DNA of 63,007 bases, the filler included, from Choristocarpus tenellus KU-1152 (lineage: Eukaryota; Protista; Phaeophyceae): NCBI GenBank assembly GCA_964200185.2. It is 9 parts of 9 records of this genome, joined end to end, with 100 filler letters (N's around TTAATTAATTAA, not from the genome) between each part and the next. Parts side by side here need not be neighbours in the genome. Positions count along the whole stretch, not along the records: positions 49,054 to 52,328 come from CAXNAD020021111.1; positions 52,429 to 56,854 come from CAXNAD020014602.1; positions 56,955 to 60,174 come from CAXNAD020021447.1; positions 60,275 to 63,007 come from CAXNAD020025224.1; 5 more parts are not named here. One strand, given 5' to 3'. The translations under genes were made by a program, and so were the position numbers. Under the pieces are notes generated by a model. That model did not search any database, was not told where the DNA came from, and was given only the letters and a program-made list of their open reading frames with translations. Positions within the stretch are counted from its first letter, which is position 1, and every line of letters starts with the position of its first letter. This document shows, piece after piece, positions 51,737-63,007 of the stretch.

Positions 51737-52007
51737 CAAAGTGAATGAGAGGTAAAGCAGTAGGTGAGGTAGGTAGGTAGTTCAAGTAGATTGGCACACA
51801 CAGAGAAGTCACTCTTGAATTACCAACGTCCTGCTGAAGACTGGTTATTTATTTATCCTCTTTTCTCTTCTTTTTTGGGGGGGGGAGGGGGGGGGGGCTG
51901 ATTGTTCTTGAAATCTTTTTTTTTTCATAATTTTTGGGGTAACTTTTTTTGGTGGGGGGGGTTGGATGGGGGTCGGGAGGGCAAACCTTTGAANNNNNNN
52001 NNNTCTT

Positions 52008-52059
<52 letters not shown>

Positions 52060-52280
52060 TGGGGGGGGTGTTGGGGGGCTGATTGTTCTTGAAATCTTTT
52101 TTTTTTCATAATTTGTGGTGTAACTGTTTTTGGTGGGATGGACTGGATGGGTGTGTGACACTGGATTTCCCTTTTATGTCCCCTAGAACCTGACTGGCAT
52201 GATGTGTGTATGTTGCAATGTTAGTTATGTCCTACACGGGGTATTTGAGTGCTAATGACCTTCACCTCGGTTCCTCACGG

Positions 52281-52312
<32 letters not shown>

Positions 52313-52428
52313 TCTCTTCTCTTCTTCTNNNNNNNNNNNNNNNNNNNNNNNNNNNNNNNNNNNNNNNNNNNNTTAATTAATTAANNNNNNNNNNNNNNNN
52401 NNNNNNNNNNNNNNNNNNNNNNNNNNNN

Positions 52429-55400
52429 AAAAATAAAACACACATGTTGTGTCACATGTTCATCAAAAACTTTATGTTGTCTAAAAACTCAAACTCGCAA
52501 ATTCTTGGCCAATACATCTGCCCTCTGATTTGCAGTACCAACAAAAACAACACGAATCTCTCCTTTTCTAGATAAATCCCTCAGAAAATGATGTCGGACA
52601 TCAATGTGCTTTGTTCTAGTAGAGCTTGTGGCATTTCGCTAACTAGTTTGCATGCACCATCGTTATCCTCAAACAATTCAATGTAACGCATAGGAAGCTG
52701 TTGCTGAATAAACTCAAAAACACTTCTCAAGAAAAGTAATTCCTGTGCCACACTACTCTAAGAGCTATGTATTCACTCTCTGTAGAAGACAGAGCTACAA
52801 CTCTTTGTACCTTTGACATCCAAGATATTGCTCCTCCTGCAAACATAATTGCTCCTCCAGTCACTGATCTACGATCATTCCAGTCTCCAGCATAACTAGC
52901 ATCAGCATATGCACTCAACTCACACTCAGTATCAAAACCACCAAAACTCAATCCGACACTGGGACATGTATTCAAATATGCCAAAATGCATTTCACTGCA
53001 CGCCAATGTGTGACTTTGGGATTGCTACTATACTTGGCAACTTCACGAACTGCATTTGCAATATCAAGCCTGGTCATAACAGATGCCTCTCTGTATGGTG
53101 TATTTTCATGAACTTTTGGATTATTCTCACTCTTGTCTGAAGCCCTTGAGAGATCATGGGGTACCGACCTCTTCTTTGCCCCACCCATACCAAATCTTTG
53201 GCAAACACTCTTAATATACCTAGTCTGACTGATGGTAACAGTCTGTGCATTTCTGTCACGTGCAATCTCACAACCCATATAATACTCAAGATCACCAAAG
53301 TCTTCTATGGAAAACTACTCTTTGATCCTAGAGCGAACCCAAATCAAAACATTCATTTTACCAGCTACCAATAGATCATCTACGTGGGGGGCTATCACAG
53401 CACAAATAACGTCATCTCTTACATAGTGTAACACACAAGGGTCTGCTTTGCATTGCTCAAAACCACACTTTTCCAAAACGTGCACCAACAGATTATTAAC
53501 TTCTCTCCTTGCCTGTTTGGTGCCATAAAGTGCCTTGAACAAACGTACAATCTTTCCAGACCATTACACCACATCCATCACATAAACGAACAAAAATCTC
53601 TTCACTAATATCTGCTTGTATAAATGCCTGTTTAACATCCCAATGTTTCAATTCCCAATCCTTGTCTGCAGCTAATGCTAAAAACATTCTCAAAGATGCA
53701 GGGGACGGTGTTGGTGCAAAGGTATCTTGATAATCTAAACCCTCAATCTGTCGAAAACCTTTTGCTACCAAACGTGCCTTGTATCTAACTACCTCACCAA
53801 ATGTGTTAGTCTTACATTTGTAAATCCATTTAGTGTCTATAGCCCTGCGTCCAGGGGGTAATACGGCCTCCACCCAAACATTATTCAGCAACAAACCAGA
53901 CATCTCTTCAGCTCTAGCTCGATCCCATAAATCACATTCGGGAGAGCTACATGCTGCTCTTATAGTCTTGGGTTCTGGAGGGAGCTCATCCGCTAACACT
54001 CGAATAGAACCATCACTCGCACACATCACAAGGGTAGTCTCTCTGGAAATAGACCAACAAGTCATAAAAAATTGGAAATGTCAAAAACAGCAGCTTTGGC
54101 GGAAGTATTGCCTGATCTGGTGTGATGGGGTAGGATGTTTTCTTCACCATTTCCAATGCTGAGTCGTCGTAGTTCTCTTTCACATTGGCTGTCCTTGGCT
54201 TCATCCATCCCATCATCATCACCATCATTGTTGTCTTCATTCTCCTTCGCCTCGTTGTCATCATCAATGTTGTCCTCATTCTCTTCCACAAGTACATCAC
54301 TATCGCAGGTGTCATCACTTAGTCCGCCTTCAATCCAGGTGATTCTATCATCATTACATTCACCCCCTATCTCCTGGATTTCTCCAGTCCGTTTTCTTGC
54401 ATATGGAGGAATGATGTATCCTGGAGTGTCATCCAAATCTTCAGTAGTGCTTCTGCGTGCATGGGGAGGAAGGATATATCCAGGAGTGTCATCCAAATCA
54501 TCATGATCCCGGTCTAAATCAGAAATTGGAAAATGGACTCTGCCATCCTTGGTTGGGTGCTAATGTATGTTAGCTCGTTGAATGATACGATTTGTAGTGA
54601 AGTCTAGGACGCGGAAAGTGCCACGGGGTTGATTTTCAGATATACCAACCAAGATACACTGTTGTCCACGACTCCCAAGCTTATGTCCAGGACTAGACTT
54701 GTAGTATCCAGGGGTATCAAATGCTGGGACGTTCACTAGGGATCCAATTTCCCCATACAAAGCTCTATAAGGGGAAGTCCCCTTATTGGCAACAGTTGCA
54801 CTTCTGTTGAGGATGTAAGCTGAATAGTTGTATGCCTCTACCCATAACCACATTTTGTCCTCCAATCCTGCAGAATAAATGCTGGCCCTGGCACCACTAT
54901 CCACTTGGGCGATGCGACGTTCGACCACACCATTATACTGGGATTCCCCTGTCCTGGTCATTTCCTGTACCGCACCCATTTCCATAACCAATTCCTGGAA
55001 TTCCTCACTCTGCCACTCACCCCCTGGATCATGTCGAATGTATTTAATGCGTCGCCCACTTGGAAGTACCTCAGTCTTAAACCATCGCCCAAGAGCCTTG
55101 GCTGCATAGCTCTTCTTCAGGAGTAGTCGTATCCAGGTGAAGCGAGTTGCATCATCGACGATTGCCAGGGCATACTCAGCCCCACCGAGTGATTTAACTC
55201 TCTTCGATCCTGTGAGGTCAATAAAGACGCGAGTGAATGGTCCCTTAGCTCGTGTAGTGGTCGATTTTGAGACAGTCTTTTATTCTAATCCCTTTTGCGC
55301 ACCCTATGCACTTTGTTGAAGCTAAGTTTCCTGTCAGTGTGATTCCTTGTTCCTTAGCAGTGTGTCGAAGAATTTTCTCACCAGCGTGATTGAGGATGCG

Positions 55401-56782
55401 ATGAAAAACAGTGATGTGTATGGGTGTTGTAGATACAACTGCGGCCAAAGGCGTTTCATCTGGGGGTGGTAACCTTTCGGCGTTAGCTGCGTACGTGGAT
55501 CCATTCCACTTGAAAACGAGCGGAAAACCCTCCCCACCACAGATATGATACGTATCACCAATTAATTTGATAATCAATTCCTTAGCCCTACTAGCAGAAT
55601 GTGAAGAGAAAAGATCGAAAGCTACTTTCGGGACAAATGCAACAGACGTCAGAGTAACATGCACCCACTCATCGCGGCCAACATTGAAATTTAAATCAAT
55701 CTTGCCATACCCCATAATGGGTAGTGATGTTCCGTCAGCCACGGTCATGTTGTGGCCTTGTGGACATGTGGTGAAGTCATACATGTACTTAGAGTCTTTC
55801 GTTACACTGTTGGAAGCACCCGAATCAAAACTCCACGTTTCGAAAGCATTCAATCTCACCTTGCCATTATCAGCCACAGTGGCTAACATGATCTTGAACT
55901 TCCTTCCAGTATTAGCCGGTTCCTCTGATCCAGCTCTAGAACTCCCGCCGACTCTAACGGGTTCGCCCTCTGGCGATATGAACTTACCACCGACTTTGGT
56001 GGTCCTGCCCTCCTCTGAGGGCAAACAGCTTGCTGGTGGCCAATCTTCCCGCAGCTGTAACACGATCCACTGAATGTACAGGAACCGAAATGCTTCACCA
56101 ATCCACACATATCGCAACTCTCTCGGGCCTTGGTAAGCCCCCTGGAACGGGATCCTGTCGTCCCAGGGTCAATACGGTGACCAGTCGTACCACGGCTGCC
56201 ACCTCGGCCAGCCTTTATCACGGTCCTCGCGGCCAGAGCACTCCCAGGCTCTCCGCGATCTCCTACCTCTCGTTGGAGTGACAAGTAACGCGAACGAGCA
56301 GCTTGCTGTGACGTAGCTCTCGAATGCTGGCCTTAGTGATCTCATCTTCATTCACAGCTTCCTTCTAGATGAAATCTTTATCACCCACTCTGACGAGCTT
56401 CTTCTGACCCCGTGTGAGACCCATCAGAAGCCATGAGTGATGTAATACCTAATTCAAAAAACCAGTCCGGCTGCACCTCCCCTAGCTAGAGTTTGTATTA
56501 GGCGCTTAAGCGTGTTGAGAAGCTTGGCGCACGTAAGGCTCGTCGGCGGAAGCTAGCAGTTGAATTGCATGGTAAAGCACACACTGAATTATATTAATTG
56601 TCTGTAGGGTATTGTCCATTTGATACTATTGTCCCACTAATGTCCCACTAACTCACCATAACATACCGCTGTGTACGTTACTACCTTGTTTTGTACAAAA
56701 CTAAAGATCAACGTACATATAAGCTATGTTGTTTACTTGGATCAGCACATATAACGTAAGGATAACACTAGGTTATTCGACA
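52429..56782 (-). mobile_element. Ty1/copia LTR retrotransposon, near full length, frameshifted; 3' LTR beyond linker
   Basis: 5' LTR 56513-56782; deleted gag with CYSCGKIGHQQAVC knuckle; protease WSFDSGAS; FHRILNH...CIGC; integrase QYNGVVERR/LWVEA; RT AIDTKWIYK/YKARLVAKGFRQ/HVDDLL; RNase H ADASYA; copia order PR-IN-RT-RH. Confidence 0.96.
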
Positions 56783-58526
56783 TGGAGTATGGACCCCCCA
56801 AGGCCGATGTGGATGTGGTGGTAGGTGGCCTAGGTTTTCTGTGGAGGGGGAGGGNNNNNNNNNNNNNNNNNNNNNNNNNNNNNNNNNNNNNNNNNNNNTT
56901 AATTAATTAANNNNNNNNNNNNNNNNNNNNNNNNNNNNNNNNNNNNNNNNNNNNGTGAAAATCGAAAAAAGGGTGAAAAACGGACGCCGACACCCCCCCC
57001 CCAGATACTTTGACCCTTAAGGAGAAGGTAATAGAGGTTGTGCATTGCATGTGGCATCAAAGTAACAATACTTGAGTAGTAGCAGATTGAAGGAAACAGG
57101 AGGGGGGGTGGTCTGTGCCTGAGGAAAAAGAGGAGAAGAAACCCCACAAGCTAGCACAAGCTAGCAGACACCGTACTCTACCTACACCAGGAGGAATTGC
57201 ACAGGGAGGGGCTGCCCCTGCCTGTGCGAAGTTTGATAATTGATCTAGAAATGTACATGTTGTGTAGCCGTGGGATCTGTGCATGAGTTTGACCTTGAAT
57301 TGGCCAGCAGGGAATATAGAATTAGCAATTGAGGCATCACAGGCCAGGGTCCTTTCAGACAGCATCAAAAGCAACCACATTCTGAGTGGAAGGTGGGAGT
57401 GCTTGATGATAGATGCGAATAAATATTCACCACTCTACTTCTTGCGATAGCTATGAGCACCTTAGATCGGTCAAGGAACAGTGTTTCGGAGGAGAAATGG
57501 AGCGCCGTTTTGGTATTGGCTTGCGTGTTGCAGATATGCAACTATATGGAGCTCACAAAACCATCCTAATATTGCATAGGTGGGTAAGTGCTTGGTAGAT
57601 ATGCTTGTTTTCATGTCATGCAGCATAATACAAGATAGGAATTTGCGTCATCAATAGTCACTTTTCCACAGTACTACTACCCAGAGGTATCGTCTGGGGG
57701 TATTTGCCTTTGCATGCACCCAACATAGGGTACATGAGTATCCCTTAGGGATGTTTGACTTCGTTTGCACTCCCTACCCTTAGCAAATGCTGTTCCCCTC
57801 TTTTCAAACACATTGCTCCCTGTGCAATGAGGTCCCTCAAGACGTACCAGAAAGTGGTGTGGAGGTAATGGTTCCACTGAAAACTACTTTTTTAATTGCT
57901 ACCTTACTTACTCCCTGTAATTTGGAATGGATAACATCAAGGTCTAAGTGGGACATGGGGGCCAATTACTTTGTTTCATTGCACCAGTTACTATATGAAT
58001 ACTACCTTGATTGTTAGTGGTATTATAGTAGGTAGATGTGTCGATATTATCTAGTAGTGGGTGATGACATATATCAGAGGAGAGTTAACACGGATCGGAC
58101 ATCACAGCACAATGAGACATACTACATGTACGAAGTATTACATAGTATCTAGTATATCATGATGTATGATATGTATTACCACGTATGTAATACTGCCACA
58201 ATATGTATGTATTGTGATAATAAGAGCATTGAATTACTGTACTTATTTGTTGTAGAGGTATGTAGTACAACTATACAATATGGTGGAAATGTCATCCATA
58301 TATCAGGTACAACAGTAGACACGTTCTACATTTATTTAAAATAGTCATATTCTCGTACTGATTATGAACATCACCTTCCACATGAGGGCACACACACACT
58401 CACACACACAATATCATCAACACCACATACATAAATCTAATGTAGGTCACTCATGGATCAATCACAACCATCTTACACTTATTTTTTCTTTGTTTACTGC
58501 TTAGACCTTGCAATGATTTTATACAA

Positions 58527-58542
58527 CCAATAGCGCGCGAAA
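58527..58542. promoter_or_regulatory. CCAAT box adjacent to an E2F consensus (GCGCGAAA = TTTCGCGC reverse)
   Basis: About 95-110 nt upstream of the ATG at 58635 in a CpG-rich patch; motif only. Confidence 0.3.
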
Positions 58543-58634
58543 CGCACAAATCGTACCGCGATTCTTTCTCAACCCTGGACTCGAAACAGATCCCTCAAGA
58601 CCCTGTAACCTTTGGGGGTAAAGCTCCGTTTCAG

Positions 58635-59708
58635 ATGAACCTGTCAGAGGTGCAGGCAGCAGTATCTGCCCTGTACGGACATAATCCTGATGAAAGTGCA
58701 AGGGCAAACAAGTTCCTCATGGAGTTCATGGAGCAACCAGTGAGTCAAAGTCAACCCCTATCCGTCCCCCACTCCCTTACTTCACTAGAAACCTTTCCAA
58801 GCATTTCCACCTCCTCTAGATAGACTTCTATGATCCCATGGTCAATTTAATAAATGTATGAGCCCTTTGTGTACGCTGATCTCTGCTGGTTGAAATCTGA
58901 TCAAAAATTGACGAGGGAAACATGTTGATCCTCCTTAGCCAACATAGTCTCGAACTCAAGCAATTACTCTCCAGAAGTCTCCTTTCAGCCCAAGCCACTT
59001 TTTGTTCTGCTCAATCCAAGAATGAGTGAACGTATATCTCATGAGAAAAAAGTGACCCTCATTGCTTCCTTTGATTGGTGGCCTGCACACGCAGGTATTG
59101 CAGAGAAAGTCTTGTCTCATGTCAATGTTTTAACATGCCTGAAATCGTGGTTGACACGACCGTAGTGGGATACATCTGCGTGTAAATAAAGCAATAACAC
59201 TTAAGACAGAAGTCAATTTTCTATCTATACCACCCTTATAACGTAGTCTCTACTCGTGGGGTCAAGAAGGAGGTCCTTCCACTCAGTTTCAGTTTGTCAT
59301 CTCGTAGTATCAAGATGGCATGTTCACTTCGCTGAGATTTGTCGACTTTATTTGCTGGAACTTGCCCCTATTGTCCTATTCATCAACCGGAGTATCTTAA
59401 ACAGAGGACTTTTGAAAGAAATATTGGCGTCGGGAAGCAAGCATATGCACAGCCCCAACCTTCCACCCGACTATGTCTTCCCCACTCCCCCTTACCGTTG
59501 TCCTCCAACTCAATCCACACCTCTGCATCCACCTGCCTAATAGACGGCTTGGGCTTTGAGCATTGAACTCCTGTCTATTGCAGGTTCCCCGGAGTCGATC
59601 GCTCCGTTGCAATACTTCTCTGCTAATACCCTCTACACCAAGGTTCGAAAACACTGGCACCAGCTGGATGCTGAGCGCCGAGGGCAGCTCTCCTCCATCA
59701 TCCTTGAG
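58635..59708 (+). CDS. Transportin-3/importin-13-like karyopherin, first two exons (58635-58739, 59544-59708); 3' part lost at linker
   Basis: MNLSEVQAAVSALY...ARANKFLMEFMEQP|TAWALSIELL...QYFSANTLYTKVRKHWHQL matches the importin-beta N-terminal (IBN_N) pattern of the TNPO3/IPO13 family. Confidence 0.85.
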
Positions 59709-60274
59709 GTGCCCAAATCGATTGATACAGGCAGAGACATTTATTCACAGACTGTCTGGCACAGTATCGTTTTAGTTGTGATCTTGCTGGTGTTCCCAAA
59801 CTACGACCTTTAAGAGGAAAGTAAGATTTTGCTTTTTGTATTCCCACACCTCTTACCAAAGAATTGAAACAAAGTAGTGGGGGCACATGTGTTTGCTCTG
59901 GATGGGAATTCTATTCAATCTTGTTTTTGCAAGGTTTTGATGATTACCAGGGCGAAGCTAAATGTTGGTGGTTTCATTGGGTTGTGCCAGCAGTACATTT
60001 GGACCTCCCTCGCAATGACTTTGTCCAGTTCAAACTTTAAAGGGTTCTTACTCACTCCTGCACCACATGCCTCTCTCCTGCCTCCATGCCCACTGCTCCC
60101 CGCCACTGCTGCTAGCTTTTGCGGCGACCCCCCCCCCCTGCCCAGCCACCCTCGCCATCACTCCCCCAACTTCCNNNNNNNNNNNNNNNNNNNNNNNNNN
60201 NNNNNNNNNNNNNNNNNNTTAATTAATTAANNNNNNNNNNNNNNNNNNNNNNNNNNNNNNNNNNNNNNNNNNNN

Positions 60275-60457
60275 CCCCTCCTCCAGCTCCACCTGCGACC
60301 CCAATACCATGCATTCCAAGGTCATTCGCCCCAAATGGAGAGGATGGATCAATGTTACCCATGGGCATGGTATTTATTCGATGCCCACCCATATTTGTTG
60401 GACCTGTTTCCAAGGGAGATGTAACATTGTGGTGGGCATATGTTAGAGCCATCACTG
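60275..60457 (-). CDS. Probable exon of an unidentified minus-strand gene
   Basis: CTCCCAG acceptor followed by an open Gly/Met-rich frame (MALTYAHHNVTSPLETGPTNMGG...GVAGGAGGG) running into the linker. Confidence 0.3.
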
Positions 60458-63007
60458 GGAGGTAGGTGACCACGGAATGGAAAACTGACCCCTGAATACT
60501 TCAACGAGTGTAATGCTGCTCAAGGAGGTGCAATCTCAATACAGAGGATAACCGTGGGGTAAACAAACCTGTAACTGTTGAAACCAACATAACCGACTGT
60601 ATCCTGTATCCATACATGATACATGTACACCAACTGAACTCTCTCTCTCTCTCTATATATATATATACATATATATTCTCCTGCTTGATCTTTAACTTGA
60701 CCATGTAAAACAGCACGACTAGCCAAACGTTTTGTTGGACACAATTATTTTCACCTTGAAACCATACACAACAACTTGGATCGACGGGGAGGATATCAAA
60801 TGCCTTTACATCCTAGTGGGGCCTCACCAGCTCACTTCAAGTATGAACGTCACGTATTCATCCACATTGCCTAAAAACACCAACTGGGCATCAAGTGTTG
60901 AATGCCACCTGCGACATACTGCACCTGAAGAAACAGTCACACTCATACCACATATCCACCCCCCAAAGTAAGCTCTCTGCGGGTCATACACCATCCACTC
61001 AAATGATCATTTCACACCCATTCCCCACTCCAAAGCAATACTTCTTTTCACACCCTAGTTAGATTCAGAAAATACGCCAAAAACGTTCCTTCTACAAAGG
61101 ACAAGAAACCCCCCCCCCCTCCATTTTCAAGAATACTATCTTTCAAATCTATTGAAGCAAACAGTTTCACACATGTCTCAGATATCCTGAAACACCAAAA
61201 TAAAATGTTCTTATAGTATTGTAGAACCACCACCAGAGCACCTACATCTTCGCAGGTTGCCACATATGTGTGCAAGCACTCCGGACAGGCAAGGCCCTCC
61301 TGCAAACCTTACTCAGTCCATAACCTGACTTATGCAGGCTCAGTCAAATTTCTAGTTTTCAACTTTTTCAGTTCTTACAATGAAGCAAACATGGCGGTGT
61401 TAACTGGCATCCAAAATGGGGGTACTCTATCATCAATGATATTTTCAGGCCATTTTCCCAGAAAACTCTTTCACTCATCTATTCACATTTGTACTAAAAC
61501 TACCAAGCCATTTATTATGCATTGTTACTTTCAATATCGGTTCCTTTCTCATAGGTTGTTTCTAGTTGTACATGGCTTTCACAACAACAAAGGGTGCCAG
61601 TAATGGTGTATTCGGACACTAGGGCATTAGGCATGAGGTGAGTACACATTATGCCTTCAGCAAGCATTTCAACACTCACGATCAACACAGAAGAGGTTCA
61701 AAACACAGGGTTGGAATAAAGCCCTCCTACCTAAAGACCCACAAGCACACACTCGCAGCAAGGAAATAAGCTGTACTTGGAAGAGTTGTAATGCAAGCAG
61801 AGCTCGGCACCAACATTTCACAAACTAAGACGGCCCACAACATAAAGCCCGCAAACTCCAATACAATAATTTCAACACCAATGCCATGGGAATGCACATC
61901 AATTTTGAAACTGGACAAGAGGACTCTGTGGTATTACGTAAAATGTGGGAGCACATCAAGGGAAAGTAAGATAAGGTCGAATTCTGAATTCGGAAAGTTG
62001 GCAACAGAGATAGCCCACCAGCGGATCATGCAGTCACAGTTTTGAATACTTCTCACGCTTGCAGACCTTTTCCTACCCAACTTGCCTAGAGGTATGGTAC
62101 TCTTCTGATCACCATTCAGACCCACTGGGACACAATCACGACAGTACGAATGCAGTGCACCGCTGTAAGTATGAAATAAGAATAAGAATAAACTCTCATC
62201 CAACGAATGCCAGAGGACCGTCGATTACTGGCAGGCACCAAATCAAAACGGGTTTTATTTCAATATTTTTTATTCAGGAGGGATCACCCTTTGGAGCGAC
62301 TTTCTGCCGATTCAAGAAAAAACCTGCCCTTGAAAAAAGGGCTCCCAGTATAAATCAAGACCTTTCCAAAACAAAACTTGGGTACACTATCAACCATATT
62401 TGAAAATAGAAAAATCGCCATATTTAATGCAGTTGGAGGGTATCATCCAAGAGGAGGGTATCATCCAAGAGCCTAAGGCGCTACTGACCATGGAATGTGC
62501 TCTCATATGGGGCGGCCTCAACATGACACAGTCTAACCCTAAGCTTAAAAGGTTATCAGAAGAATAAATCGAGGTGATACTTCGAAGTTTGATCTGTTTC
62601 TTACCTGTCCCCTGTCACAACGATAACAAAATTTGGAAAAGAAATACTCAGAGAGTGTGTACCCTGGTCTTAGTTATTTGTTAATAAACATCCTTATTAC
62701 CATAGTATCTAATACTACAGACAACAGTACACGAAACAATATTTTCGCACACTTGGACAGAACAACACAAAAGCTGTACCAAGTATACAGTTTATATTAA
62801 AAATTACGCTATTAACACCATAGTGCCTAAAACTATGACAAGCACCACACCTAAGAAGTAAAATGTAGCCCTGACTCTTAACAAAATTTCTACCTTGCTC
62901 ATTCAAAAGTGTACCGAGAAAAGCCAATCATTGTACCTTTCAACCCCCCCCCCCCATCCTCCCCCTAACTAAAGACAAAAATAAAAAGTTGGAATTGTAC
63001 ACCCACA

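Noticed and set aside
50889-52328. Poly-Pro, poly-Gly and poly-Lys ORFs, and a local duplication
   Set aside because: Low-quality homopolymer sequence with N gaps.
55567-56073. 168-aa plus-strand ORF (also 54135-54506)
   Set aside because: Antisense shadow of the copia polyprotein.

Overview
Eukaryotic, intron-rich, repeat-rich DNA. Intron style and repeat content suggest a photosynthetic stramenopile (brown alga or close relative); this is inference. The window is a concatenation of nine contigs joined by artificial 100-nt linkers (N44-TTAATTAATTAA-N44), so adjacency across linkers is not biological. Genes: the 3' 17 exons of a SNF2/RING helicase of the At3g54460-like family (139-16218), a complete two-exon sideroflexin (18324-19813), a complete four-exon orphan gene (30197-33003), three internal exons of a class Ia ribonucleotide reductase large subunit (49229-50943) and the first two exons of a transportin-3/importin-13-like gene (58635-59708). 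Repeats: two decayed Ty1/copia elements, solo-LTR-like elements, RTE LINE and mariner remnants, and two abundant related MITE families. Most notable: (i) a GA-AG intron just before helicase motif VI, plus a probable GC-AG intron in the same gene; (ii) two MITE families sharing bipartite ends and making sequence-unspecific 3-bp target duplications; (iii) copia elements with a 10-bp palindrome where the tRNA primer-binding site should be; (iv) a fold-back inversion in one copia giving a perfect 79-bp stem; (v) a hairpin-within-inverted-repeat element upstream of sideroflexin; (vi) CpG depletion with CpG-rich 5' gene ends. No CRISPR arrays, rRNA or tRNA genes were seen. All calls were made by eye, without database searches.
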